Origin: an uncultured Actinomycetota bacterium
GTDB lineage: Bacteria; Actinomycetota; Actinomycetes; JAHEKZ01
Length of the DNA stretch: 64,000 nt
Assembly (NCBI GenBank): GCA_963743915.1
Contig: CAVURN010000002.1
Location: 608,001 to 672,000 of the forward strand
Direction: 5' to 3'
Shown here: positions 1 through 8,987 of the stretch, in pieces
Numbering within the stretch: position 1 is the stretch's first letter
Layout of the letters: the number at the start of each line of letters is the position of its first letter
The notes under the pieces: model-generated
What the model was told of the DNA's origin: nothing
The model's input: only the letters and a program-made list of their open reading frames with translations
Databases searched by the model: none
Position numbers and translations under genes: made by a program

Positions 1-34
1 AGCTCATGTGGTCACGTCCTCTTGCCGACGATCA

Positions 35-211
35 TCACTCGCCCTGATGACGCACCGCGGAGATGGCCGCACTGGCGACTGTCAGGCTGAGCAGCCCCGC
101 GAACGCTCCCCCTGCGACCTTCGAGACACGCTTCGCTCCAGCACTGGTGAGGGCGGCCAGGGCGTATCCCGCCGCAATCTCCTTCTTGCTCTTGCTCCTG
201 ATCAGACCCAT
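35..211 (-). CDS. Small 58-aa hydrophobic/basic hypothetical protein (not in ORF track)
   Basis: Manual translation MGLIRSKSKKEIAAGYALAALTSAGAKRVSKVAGGAFAGLLSLTVASAAISAVRHQGE*; GAGGA RBS upstream; co-oriented with 261..1379. Confidence 0.55.
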   Translation of the reverse strand: MGLIRSKSKKEIAAGYALAALTSAGAKRVSKVAGGAFAGLLSLTVASAAISAVRHQGE

Positions 212-260
212 GACAGTCCTCGCTTCTTTCGTCGTCGTTGAAGGGGTTTCCGTAGTGTCG

Positions 261-1379
261 TCAGCTGATCGAGTCGATGAGTTGCCGCTTGCTCATGGAG
301 CTCCTCACCTCGAGCCCCTCAGCCTCTGCCATGCGGATGAGGTCGCGCTTCGTGAGTGCCTCGAGCGGGACACCTTCCTGGACAAGCGCCTCGACCAGTT
401 CTGACTTGTTCAAGGTGGAGGCGCCGTCCACCTCCACCGTCTGCGCCACGGCGACCAGGTCCTGCTTGGTCAGGGCGCTCAGGCGCTCGGCGTCAACTGT
501 CGCGTGTCCATTGCGGGACGACTCGTTCGTCGAGACCTGGGCCTGCTTCCGCGCTCGGTCCGCCGCAACGGCTCGACGCTTCGCCTCGTTCGCCCTTGCC
601 TTTGCCTCCTGCGCCAGGTGATCGGCTTCACGCGCAGCCTCATCCGCTGCCTCCTTCGCAGCCCGCGCTGCGGCGTCAGCGAGTCTCTCGGCCTCAGCGA
701 TTGCCGCATTGGCTTCATCGATGGCGCTGGCAGCCAGAGCGGCCGAGTGTTCGGCGCGCTGCTGCGCGTCGCGGACTCTGCGGGCGGCTGCCTTCTCCTC
801 TTTCTCGAGCCTCTGCCTGGCCGCACCTTCTTCGTGCGAGCGGACCTCATCGACGTGGCGCTCAGCCCGTGCCTGAGCCTGTCGGACCCTTTCCTCCTGC
901 TGTCGGATCACCTCGGCGACTGCAGCCTCGGCCTCCTGTCGAGCCTCATCGATCCGAGAACGCACCTGTTCCTCAAGGTCGCGGCGCGCTGCCGCTCGCG
1001 TCGTCTCGGTCTCATGAGCGATCTGAGCGGCCGACTCGGCTTCTTCATTGGCCTGCTGAGCCAGCAAGACCGCTCGGCTCTCAGCCTCCTGCGCCTGAGC
1101 AGCGGCTTCGTCCGCCTGCTTCATCAGACGGGTCACGGGGTCACGCCGCGAGACGGTGTCCTTGACCCGCGTCACCGTGCGCCGGGCACCCTCACCAGCG
1201 CCATCAGTCGCGGATGAGGCCAAGTCGCCCACACTCCCGGAAATCCCATCAGCCGCGTTCGCCGTGGTCTCGATCACCGGGTGGAAGGCTTTTGAGACCA
1301 GCCATGCGGTGTTGCTCGGAAGCTCCTTGACACCCAGCACCGCGGTGCGGCCCAGAGAGCCCTTCTTTCGCTCGGACAT
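261..1379 (-). CDS. Ala/Glu-rich coiled-coil protein with C-terminal Rho-N-like helical repeats
   Basis: AGGAGG RBS before MSERKK; long A/E/R helix; C-terminal LTKQDLVAVA...LNKSELVEAL and LTKRDLIRMA...MSKRQLIDSI repeats. Confidence 0.75.
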   Translation of the reverse strand: MSERKKGSLGRTAVLGVKELPSNTAWLVSKAFHPVIETTANAADGISGSVGDLASSATDGAGEGARRTVTRVKDTVSRRDPVTRLMKQADEAAAQAQEAESRAVLLAQQANEEAESAAQIAHETETTRAAARRDLEEQVRSRIDEARQEAEAAVAEVIRQQEERVRQAQARAERHVDEVRSHEEGAARQRLEKEEKAAARRVRDAQQRAEHSAALAASAIDEANAAIAEAERLADAAARAAKEAADEAAREADHLAQEAKARANEAKRRAVAADRARKQAQVSTNESSRNGHATVDAERLSALTKQDLVAVAQTVEVDGASTLNKSELVEALVQEGVPLEALTKRDLIRMAEAEGLEVRSSMSKRQLIDSIS

Positions 1380-1988
1380 GTGGTCCTCCTCAAGGTAATG
1401 AGGTGACACCTACCCGTCCGACGTCATGAGAAACCCGTCGGGGCTCGGGACACCGCCGTCGAGGCTGCCTACGGCCTGTTGGCGCCGAGCGCAGTGCTCA
1501 AGGGGCGGTACACCTCGGGTACCAGCTGCGCGACCAGGTCAACCGCCTCGAACTCGACCGGAGGGACGTCCGGTGGCCCCATCACGCGCTGCGCTGGGCA
1601 TGGAGCAGCTGGCGGAGCGTCTGGAGCAGTGGGATCTGCATCATGACGGTCGTGTACCCGGTATCGGCAGTGGTAATCGGATCGCCGGGGCGCGAACCGC
1701 TCCACAGCCGTGAAGATCCAGTTCGCCTCGCCGGGCTCTACCCAATCCCTGCGTGCCGTCGACAAGTCTGTGCCTGCTGGAGCAGCGCAGAGGGCCGGCT
1801 ACACGACCATCGAGGAAGCGCAGTCACTCATCGACGACCAACTCGGCGGGTGCCTGCGCTACTTAGCCGTGAGGTCACGCCACCTTGGCCGCCTGGGTTA
1901 GCCGAGTGGCCCATGACGGCACTTCGGTTAGGCAGTCGCGGCGATAGAGTCACGGCCGACGAGTCGTGCGAGGCGGAGGAGATCTGCG

Positions 1989-2459
1989 GTGGAGATCAAG
2001 GAGCTCGGGCACCTGGTGCTGTACGTGCGCGACCTGAGGGCGTCGGTGCGCTTCTACCGCGACGTGCTCGGCTGGCGTCCGATCCTCGGCGGCGACGACG
2101 ACAACCCGCTGCCGTTCCCGGCGGCCGTGTTCAACGCGCCGTCGAACCGGACCCACCACGAGCTGCTTCTCATCGAGGTCGGTCCCGACGCAGCGGCGAT
2201 CCCCGAGGGACGACGGGTCGGGCTGTACCACTTCGGCCTCAGGGTCGGCGACAGCGACGACGAGCTGCGCGAAGCGCTCGCCACACTGCAGGAGAACGAC
2301 GTTACGATCCTCGGTCGCAGCGACCACACGGTGACGCACAGCCTCTACATCGCCGACCCCGACGGCAACGAGGTCGAGCTGTTCATCGACGTCCCCGGCG
2401 TCGACTGGAAGAACGACCCGGCGCTTCTCGGCGCCCCGATCAAGCCCCTCGTGCTCTGA
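1989..2459 (+). CDS. VOC/glyoxalase family protein (catechol-2,3-dioxygenase-like)
   Basis: LGHLVLYVRDL, HHELLL, GLYHFG, SLYIADPDGNEVEL motifs; GGAGGAG RBS. Confidence 0.9.
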   Translation: MEIKELGHLVLYVRDLRASVRFYRDVLGWRPILGGDDDNPLPFPAAVFNAPSNRTHHELLLIEVGPDAAAIPEGRRVGLYHFGLRVGDSDDELREALATLQENDVTILGRSDHTVTHSLYIADPDGNEVELFIDVPGVDWKNDPALLGAPIKPLVL

Positions 2460-2687
2460 ACGAGCCCGCTGTACGTCATGAATGAGAGTCATGACCGCGC
2501 CCTTCCCCCTGATTTTCAAGAATCACCAACCCGCCGTCAGTCGACCTCTTCAAACACCAAAAGGACAAGATCAGTGCCGTAACCGGCCCACTACCAGGGA
2601 TCGGGACGGCTCAGGCGTCGACCATGAAACCGTCCCGGTCCCAACCGAGGCGGCAGATTAGCGGCGTCTGCGCGGGTCAGGGCTGGG

Positions 2688-3089
2688 GCGAGCGAGTTGG
2701 CCTGTAAGCCGGGTTCTGTCCTCACGCCGTGAGGCGTGAGGGGCGACCATCCATCTGGGGCCGCCGTTGCCGACGACCTCGTGCGGTCTACCCGCAGGCT
2801 CGGACGGGCCGTCCTCGAACGCCTGCGCAGCGCCGGCCGGAGCCGACGCCTCTTGACCTTGCTCCGGGTGGGGTTTGCCGAGCCGCCGCAGTCACCTGCG
2901 GCGCTGGTGGTCTCTTACACCACCGTTTCACCCTTACCGCCCGGCGAACCGGACGGCGGTCTGCTTTCTGTGGCACTGTCCCGCGGGTCACCCCGGGTGG
3001 GCGTTACCCACCACCTTGCCCTGTGGAGCCCGGACTTTCCTCGACCGGTGGTTGCCCACCGACCGCGGCCGCCCGGCCAACTCGCTCGC
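2688..3089 (-). ncRNA. rnpB: RNase P RNA (class A)
   Basis: Minus strand has GAGGAAAGTCCGGGC and terminal ACAGAACCCGGCTTACAGGCCAACTCGC; 5' GCGAGCGAGTTGGCC pairs with 3' end (P1). Confidence 0.97.
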
Positions 3090-3154
3090 GTGGACAGGGT
3101 ACGGGGCCGGACCGGTCGGGGGCCAACCTGACCGGGCTCCTAGAGTGACCGCTC

Positions 3155-3940
3155 GTGCTCATCCTGCTTCCACCGTCCGAGGGCAAGGCACCCACCGACG
3201 CCGGCCACCCCTTCGACATCGAAGGCATGTCTCTCCCGGAGCTGACGGCAACCAGACGTCGCGTCTGCGACGCCCTGGTAAAGCTCAGCTCCGGACGCGA
3301 GAAGCGCGCCCGTGAGGTGTTGAGACTGTCCGCCCGCCAGATCGACGAGCTCGACCGCAACCGCGAGCTCGCTGAGCCGCGGGCGCTTCCGGCGTCCGAG
3401 GTGTACTCCGGTGTGCTGTACGCCGCCCTCGACTACTCATCGCTCACGCCGGCAGCTCGTAAGCGTGCCGACCGATGGGTGCTCGTGTCCTCGGCCCTGT
3501 GGGGTGCGGTGCACCTGTCCGATCCGATCCCCTCCTACCGGCTGTCCGGTGACGTGTCCCTCCCCCGACTCGGGCCGGTCGCGACTCTGTGGCGCAAACC
3601 CCTGACGCGCGTGATTCCGCAGGTTGCTGCGGACGGTGTCGTGCTCGACCTGCGTTCCGGCACGTACGCCAAGATGTGGTCACCGGACGCCGAGCTCGCA
3701 CCGCGCACCGCGGTTGCGCGTGTGCTCCACCAACGACCCGATGGCAGTCGTACCGTCGTCAGCCACTTCAACAAGGCCACCAAAGGACGCCTCGTGCGTG
3801 CGCTGGTGTCTCAGGGAAAGACGCCGCGCTCCGTGCCGGAACTGGTTGACCTCATCAGCGCGCTGGGCTTCGCCACGGAGCTGAGTGAGGGTCGTCCGGG
3901 CAAGCCGTGGTCGCTGGACGTCGTGGTCGACGAGCTGTGA
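3155..3940 (+). CDS. yaaA: Peroxide stress protein YaaA
   Basis: MLILLPPSEGK, YSGVLYAAL, DLRSGTY, VSHFNKATKG motifs. Confidence 0.92.
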   Translation: MLILLPPSEGKAPTDAGHPFDIEGMSLPELTATRRRVCDALVKLSSGREKRAREVLRLSARQIDELDRNRELAEPRALPASEVYSGVLYAALDYSSLTPAARKRADRWVLVSSALWGAVHLSDPIPSYRLSGDVSLPRLGPVATLWRKPLTRVIPQVAADGVVLDLRSGTYAKMWSPDAELAPRTAVARVLHQRPDGSRTVVSHFNKATKGRLVRALVSQGKTPRSVPELVDLISALGFATELSEGRPGKPWSLDVVVDEL

Positions 3941-3943
3941 CGC

Positions 3944-5044
3944 TCAGCCCAGGTGAGGGACGGCGTTGACGCTGCTGACCGACACGTTGCCGTCGCCGAA
4001 CCAGCTGATCGTCGACATCGTGGCCGGCCTGATCTCGATCCGGTAGTAGGCGTGCGCCGGCGCGTCCAGAGCCAGCCGCAGCAAGGTCTTCAACGGCGTC
4101 ACGTGGGTGACGAGGAGCAGCGTCGATCCCTCGTACTGCTCGAGGATCCGGTCGCGTGCAGTGGTGACGCGCCGCTCGACGTCGTCGAAGGACTCACCGC
4201 CTGGAGGCGCAACGGCGGTCGACGCGAGCCACCGGTCCAGCTCCACCGGTGACTGCTGCATGACGTCGGCGAAGGTCAGGCCGTCCCACTCCCCGAACGC
4301 GCATTCGCGCAGGTCGTGCTCCTCGACCACGTCGACACCGACGTGCTCTGCCACCACCTCGGCCGTCTGCCGGGTGCGCGCCATCGGTGAGGTGACGATG
4401 AGGTCGCAGCCCCCGGATGCGGCGAGGTGCCGACCCGCCCGATGAGCCTGCTCGCGTCCGCGGTCGTTGAGGTCGGGGTCGTCGCCGCCCCAGCCGCTGA
4501 ACCGCTTCTCTGCGGTGTGCGGAGTCTCGCCGTGGCGCAGCAGGATGGTCGTGGTCACCACTGGATGCGCCGACGACCAGCCCACCAGCACGTTCTTGAC
4601 CGGTTCCGCCGTCGACACCCCTTCGACGGCGGTCGGCGCCCGTCCGTCGAGCGCAGCGTTGACCAGCCGGTCAGCATGCGCGTTCTTGGCTCGAGGCACC
4701 CAGGTGTAGGTGACGGCGTCCACCGGGAAGATCTCGCGCGCCCGCAGCGCCCTCTCACGCATGTCGGCGTGCTTGATCTTCCACCGTCCGCTCATCTGCT
4801 CGACCACGAGCTTGGAGTCCAGCCGCGCCTCGACCTCCGCCGTTGCGTCGATGTCGTGCGCGGCCTGCAGCCCCGCCACCAGCCCGTCGTACTCGGCGAC
4901 GTTGTTGGTGGCGACGCCGATCGCGCGGCCCTCTTCGAAGAGCACGTCACCGGTCTCGGCGTCCTTCACGACGGTTCCGTAGGCGGCGGGACCGGGATTG
5001 CCCCGCGATCCGCCGTCGGCCTCGACGATCAGACGACGTCCCAT
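3944..5044 (-). CDS. Bifunctional RNase HI / histidine phosphatase (Rv2228c-like)
   Basis: EADGGSRGNPGPAAYG, TNNVAEY, DSKLVVEQMSG; C-terminal LLRHGET phosphatase motif. Confidence 0.95.
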   Translation of the reverse strand: MGRRLIVEADGGSRGNPGPAAYGTVVKDAETGDVLFEEGRAIGVATNNVAEYDGLVAGLQAAHDIDATAEVEARLDSKLVVEQMSGRWKIKHADMRERALRAREIFPVDAVTYTWVPRAKNAHADRLVNAALDGRAPTAVEGVSTAEPVKNVLVGWSSAHPVVTTTILLRHGETPHTAEKRFSGWGGDDPDLNDRGREQAHRAGRHLAASGGCDLIVTSPMARTRQTAEVVAEHVGVDVVEEHDLRECAFGEWDGLTFADVMQQSPVELDRWLASTAVAPPGGESFDDVERRVTTARDRILEQYEGSTLLLVTHVTPLKTLLRLALDAPAHAYYRIEIRPATMSTISWFGDGNVSVSSVNAVPHLG

Positions 5045-5046
5045 GA

Positions 5047-5790
5047 CTACAGCCCGGACTCGGAGGTCCGCACCTGGATCCGGCGGCACTCCTCGCAGCG
5101 GATGATCGAGTCTTCATCCGCCTCGCGGATCCGTCCGACGTCGGTGGCGGAGAGCTCGAGGCGGCAGCCTTCGCACTGCCGGTGTCTGATGGCGACGGCA
5201 GCGAGGCCGTCCAGCTGCCCCCGCAGCTTCTCGTAGAACGTGAGCAGCTCGTCGCCGATGTCAGGGACGACAGTTGCGCGCTGCTGGCGGGCGAACTCGG
5301 CGTCCTTCTCGATCGCGTCGAGCGCGGCGACGCGACGGCGTTCGGCATCCCCGACCGCAGCCGCCAGACGCTGCTGCTCGGCGTCCAGCGCTGTTGCTCG
5401 GCGTTCGGCGTCCTCCAGGCGTTGCATCACTTCGAGCTCGACGTCCTCGAGGTCGCGTTGACGCTTGGCAAGCGAGCCGATCTCGTGCTGCAGGCTCTCC
5501 AGCTCTTTCGCAGAACCGACGGCGCCCGAGTCGAGTCGCTGCTGGTCACGGGCCATCCGCTGGCGCACCTGGTCGATGTCCGACTCGAGCTTGTCCTGCT
5601 CGCGCGCGATGTCGCTGACCTGCGTCTGCACCTCGACCAGCTGCCCACGCACGGACGCCTGCTGCGTCGCCAGCTCCTCCAGCTCGGCGCTCTCGGGCAG
5701 CCGGGTGCGGCGGTGCTCGAGCTGCGCGAGCGTCTGGTCGATGGCCTGCAGGTCGAGCAGACGGGCCTGTTCGGTCGGTGACGCCTTCAG
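5047..5790 (-). CDS. Coiled-coil C4 zinc-ribbon protein (Rv2229c-like), CTG start
   Basis: CEGC...CEECRRI; frame extends to CTG-KASPTEQARLLDLQ behind AGGAGG and overlaps the upstream stop. Confidence 0.88.
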   Translation of the reverse strand: MKASPTEQARLLDLQAIDQTLAQLEHRRTRLPESAELEELATQQASVRGQLVEVQTQVSDIAREQDKLESDIDQVRQRMARDQQRLDSGAVGSAKELESLQHEIGSLAKRQRDLEDVELEVMQRLEDAERRATALDAEQQRLAAAVGDAERRRVAALDAIEKDAEFARQQRATVVPDIGDELLTFYEKLRGQLDGLAAVAIRHRQCEGCRLELSATDVGRIREADEDSIIRCEECRRIQVRTSESGL

Positions 5791-6947
5791 CGGTCCTCCT
5801 CGGGGCGGGACGCGACGTGACCAGCAACGGGGTCGGTCACGGTCGTCGAGACGTGGGTCTCCACCGTAGTGCCGTCGCCGGCCAGCGCCTCACGGAGCCG
5901 CGTCTCGGCGCTGGGCAGCCAGGGCCACTCGCTCGCCCAGTGCCCCGGGTCGACGAGAGCGGGGCCGCCCGCCGCCAGGTGCTCGGACGCGGGGTGGTGC
6001 CGCAGGTCTGCGGTCACGAACGCGTCCACACCAGCGCTCCGGACGTGCGGCAGCAGCGAGTCCCCTGCTCCGCCGCAGACAGCGACCCGCTCGACCCGCT
6101 CATCGGGCTCGCCGAAGTAGCGCACGCCCTGCGGGGTGGCCGGGAGCACCCTCGCCACGTGCCCCGCGAACTGCCGCAGACTCATGGGTGTCGCCAGCGT
6201 TCCGACACGGCCGAGGCCGGTCCCCGACGCGCTGGGGGCCACCTCGAACACGTCGATGGCCACCTCCTCGTAGGGATGCGCCGCGCGCACGGCGTCCAGA
6301 GCTGAGGCACGCAGACGACGTGGCACCAGCATCTCGACCCGCACTTCGGGTGTGACCTCGACGCGTCCGACCTCGCCTATGTGGGGTGTTGCACCCTCAC
6401 CCGGGGTGAAGGTGCCCGTCCCCTCGACCGTCCAGGCGCAGCGGGTGTACTCGCCCAGAGTGCCTGCGCCGGCGTCGCGCAGGGCATCGATCACGGCCCG
6501 TGCGTGCGACGGGGGGACGAAGGTGATCACCTTGTCGGACGGCTCCGAGGGCCAGGCGCGGAGCGGAACGGTGTCGCGCAGACCCAGAACGCCAGCGAGG
6601 GCGTCGTTGACGCCATCGGCGGCGACGTCGGCATTGGTGTGCGCCGTGAACAGCGCGCAGCCACCACGGATGAGGCGGTGGACCAGCGAGCCTTTGGGAG
6701 TGTCAGCGGCGACCGAGTGCACGGGACGGAGCAACAGCGGGTGGTGCGTCACCAGCAGGTCGGCCCGCCATGCCAGTGCCTCGTCGACGACAGCCGGCAG
6801 CGGGTCGACGGCGAAGAGCACCCGCCGGACGTCGTCTGCGCGATCTCCGCAGACCAGCCCCACGGCGTCCCACTCCTCGGCCGTCTGCGGCGGGTACAGG
6901 GTCTCCAGAACGTCGACGACCTGGCCAAGGGTGGGTGCGGCAGTCAC
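5787..6947 (-). CDS. Nif3-like dinuclear metal-centre protein
   Basis: WDAVGL, THHPLLL, HTNAD, HPYEE, GHWASE motifs. Confidence 0.95.
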   Translation of the reverse strand: MTAAPTLGQVVDVLETLYPPQTAEEWDAVGLVCGDRADDVRRVLFAVDPLPAVVDEALAWRADLLVTHHPLLLRPVHSVAADTPKGSLVHRLIRGGCALFTAHTNADVAADGVNDALAGVLGLRDTVPLRAWPSEPSDKVITFVPPSHARAVIDALRDAGAGTLGEYTRCAWTVEGTGTFTPGEGATPHIGEVGRVEVTPEVRVEMLVPRRLRASALDAVRAAHPYEEVAIDVFEVAPSASGTGLGRVGTLATPMSLRQFAGHVARVLPATPQGVRYFGEPDERVERVAVCGGAGDSLLPHVRSAGVDAFVTADLRHHPASEHLAAGGPALVDPGHWASEWPWLPSAETRLREALAGDGTTVETHVSTTVTDPVAGHVASRPEEDR

Positions 6948-6979
6948 CGCCCGAATGTACTGCCCGCCAAGGCAAGGCC

Positions 6980-7035
6980 TGCCGAGTGCGGTGCTGGTTG
7001 ACGCTCCGCGGCGTCAACCAGCACCGCACTCGGCA
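6980..7035. repeat. Perfect 25-bp inverted repeat (REP-like hairpin)
   Basis: TGCCGAGTGCGGTGCTGGTTGACGC-TCCGCG-GCGTCAACCAGCACCGCACTCGGCA. Confidence 0.9.
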
Positions 7036-7047
7036 AGTCGGCGGGAT

Positions 7048-8683
7048 CTACAGCCCGAGGACGGCCCAGACCGCCTGGCGGGCGTCGGCCGCACTCGCTG
7101 CGTCGAACACCGCCTCTGCCGCCGTCCGACAGGCGCCGAGGTCGACGTCGGCCAGCAGCGCGCGGACGTCCGGGACCGCCACCGGTGCCATCGACAGGGA
7201 ACGCACGCCCAGCCCGACCAGCACCGCGGCGAGTGCCGGGTCAGCGGCAGCCTCGCCGCAGACGCCGATCGGACGCCCTGTCAGCTCGGCGCCCCGACAC
7301 GCCTCGGCCACCAGGTCCAGAACGGCCGGTTGCCACGGGTCGAGCAGCGAGCCGAGCTCGCCCTGCTGGCGGTCCGCTGCCAGCGCGTACTGAGCGAGGT
7401 CGTTGGTCCCGATGCTCGCGAAGTCGACCTCGAACAGCATCTGACGTGCTCGCAGGGCGGCCGCCGGCACCTCGACCATCACGCCGACGGTCGGCAGCCC
7501 GGCTGCCCGCGCCTGGGCGCCGAACCAGCGGGCCTCGGCGACCGTGGACACCATCGGCGCCATCACCCACGGCTGCGCGCCGGTGCGGGCGGCCGCGGAC
7601 GCGAGCGCGGTCAGCTGGCGATCGAGCACCTCCGGGCGTGACACGGCGGTGCGCAGTCCCCGGACGCCGAGCGCAGGGTTCTCCTCGTCGCCGAGGCCGA
7701 GGAAAGGCAAGGGCTTGTCCGAGCCGCCGTCGAGGGTGCGCACCACGATGCGACGTCCCGACGTAGCGCGAGAACACCTGGGTGTAGGCCTCGACCTGCT
7801 CGTCGAGCGATGGCTCGTCCGGGCGTCCGAGGAAGAGGAACTCGGTGCGGAACAGACCGATGCCCTCCGCGTCCACCTCAGCGGCGGACGTGGCGTCGGC
7901 GAGCGTTCCGACGTTGACGAGGAGCTTGACGTCCACGCCGTCCCTGGTGTGCCCGGGTCCGCTCACCACCTTGGCCCGGCTCCGACGGCGCTGCTCGCGC
8001 TCGCGAAGGGCCGTGGTCAGCGCAGCATCGGGGCTGACATGCACCTCGCCGAGGTCACCGTCGACGACGATCTCTTGGCCATCGGTGGCATCGCGCGCGC
8101 TTCGCACGGCGACCACCGCCGGGATGCCCAGGCTGCGCGCGAGGATCGCGGTGTGGCTGGTCGGCCCGCCCTGCTCGGTCACGATCGCCAGCACCGTCTC
8201 GGCGTCCAGGGTGGCGGTGTCGGCCGGCGCCAGGTCGCGGGCGACGAGGACATGGGCGTAGCCGGGGCGCGGCAGCTCGGCCACCGCGCGGCCCTCGAGG
8301 GCGGCGACCATGCGCTCGCCGACGTCGATGATGTCGGGTGCCCGCTCGGCGAAGTAGCCACCCAGCGACTGCAGCTTCTCGGCGAACTGAGCGGCAGTGA
8401 GACGGACGGCGTCGGACGGCGCGGTACCTCCGTCGACGAGCTTCTGGGACCCGCCCACCAGCTCGGGGTCGGCGGCGAACTGCACGAGCGCCTCGAGCAC
8501 CGCGCGGCCTTCCGGGCTCGTCGCCCGCGCAGCCCTCGCACGCATGTCCTCGCAGACGCGGGCCGATGCCTGCTCGACCGTCGTTGCCGCTTCGACGCTC
8601 GTAGCGCTGGCGCCGTCGTGGCGCACCGCCGGGCCCGCCGCCAGCCCCGGGCTGGCGGCGATCCCGACGAGCGTGTCGGTCAT
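7048..8683 (-). CDS. ptsI: PTS enzyme I; one frameshift near 7760
   Basis: GGPTSHTAILARSLG, GIGLFRTEFLF; second frame VRTLD..ENPALGVRG, SIGTNDL, GVCGE; extra G in a GGG run. Confidence 0.93.
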
Positions 8684-8961
8684 CAGCCGGCTTCCTCGGC
8701 ATCGAGGTCCTGCTCGAGCAGTGCGACGAGGGAATCCAGTGCCGCCTCGGCGCCGTCCCCGTCCGCCTGCAGGACGACCGTCTCACCGTGGCTCACGCCG
8801 AGGCCGAGCACCGCCAGGATGCTGGCGGCGTTCACCGCCTCACCATCCCCCTTGGCGATGGTGACCGGGACGCCCGCAGCTGCGGCCGCCTGGGTGAACA
8901 ACGTCGCCGGGCGGGCGTGCAGGCCCACCGAGCTGGCGACCACGACCTCACGTTGTGCCAT
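8683..8961 (-). CDS. ptsH: HPr phosphocarrier
   Basis: GLHARPA and NAASIL motifs; GGAGGAG RBS. Confidence 0.95.
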   Translation of the reverse strand: MAQREVVVASSVGLHARPATLFTQAAAAAGVPVTIAKGDGEAVNAASILAVLGLGVSHGETVVLQADGDGAEAALDSLVALLEQDLDAEEAG

Positions 8962-8987
8962 GACTCCTCCTTGGATCGGTTCGTCGC

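Noticed and set aside
2729-3148. ORFs of 131-146 aa over this interval
   Set aside because: They are antisense shadows of rnpB
7740-7780. Programmed frameshifting in ptsI or other split genes
   Set aside because: No slippery heptamer or stimulatory structure noted; the number of affected genes fits sequencing error
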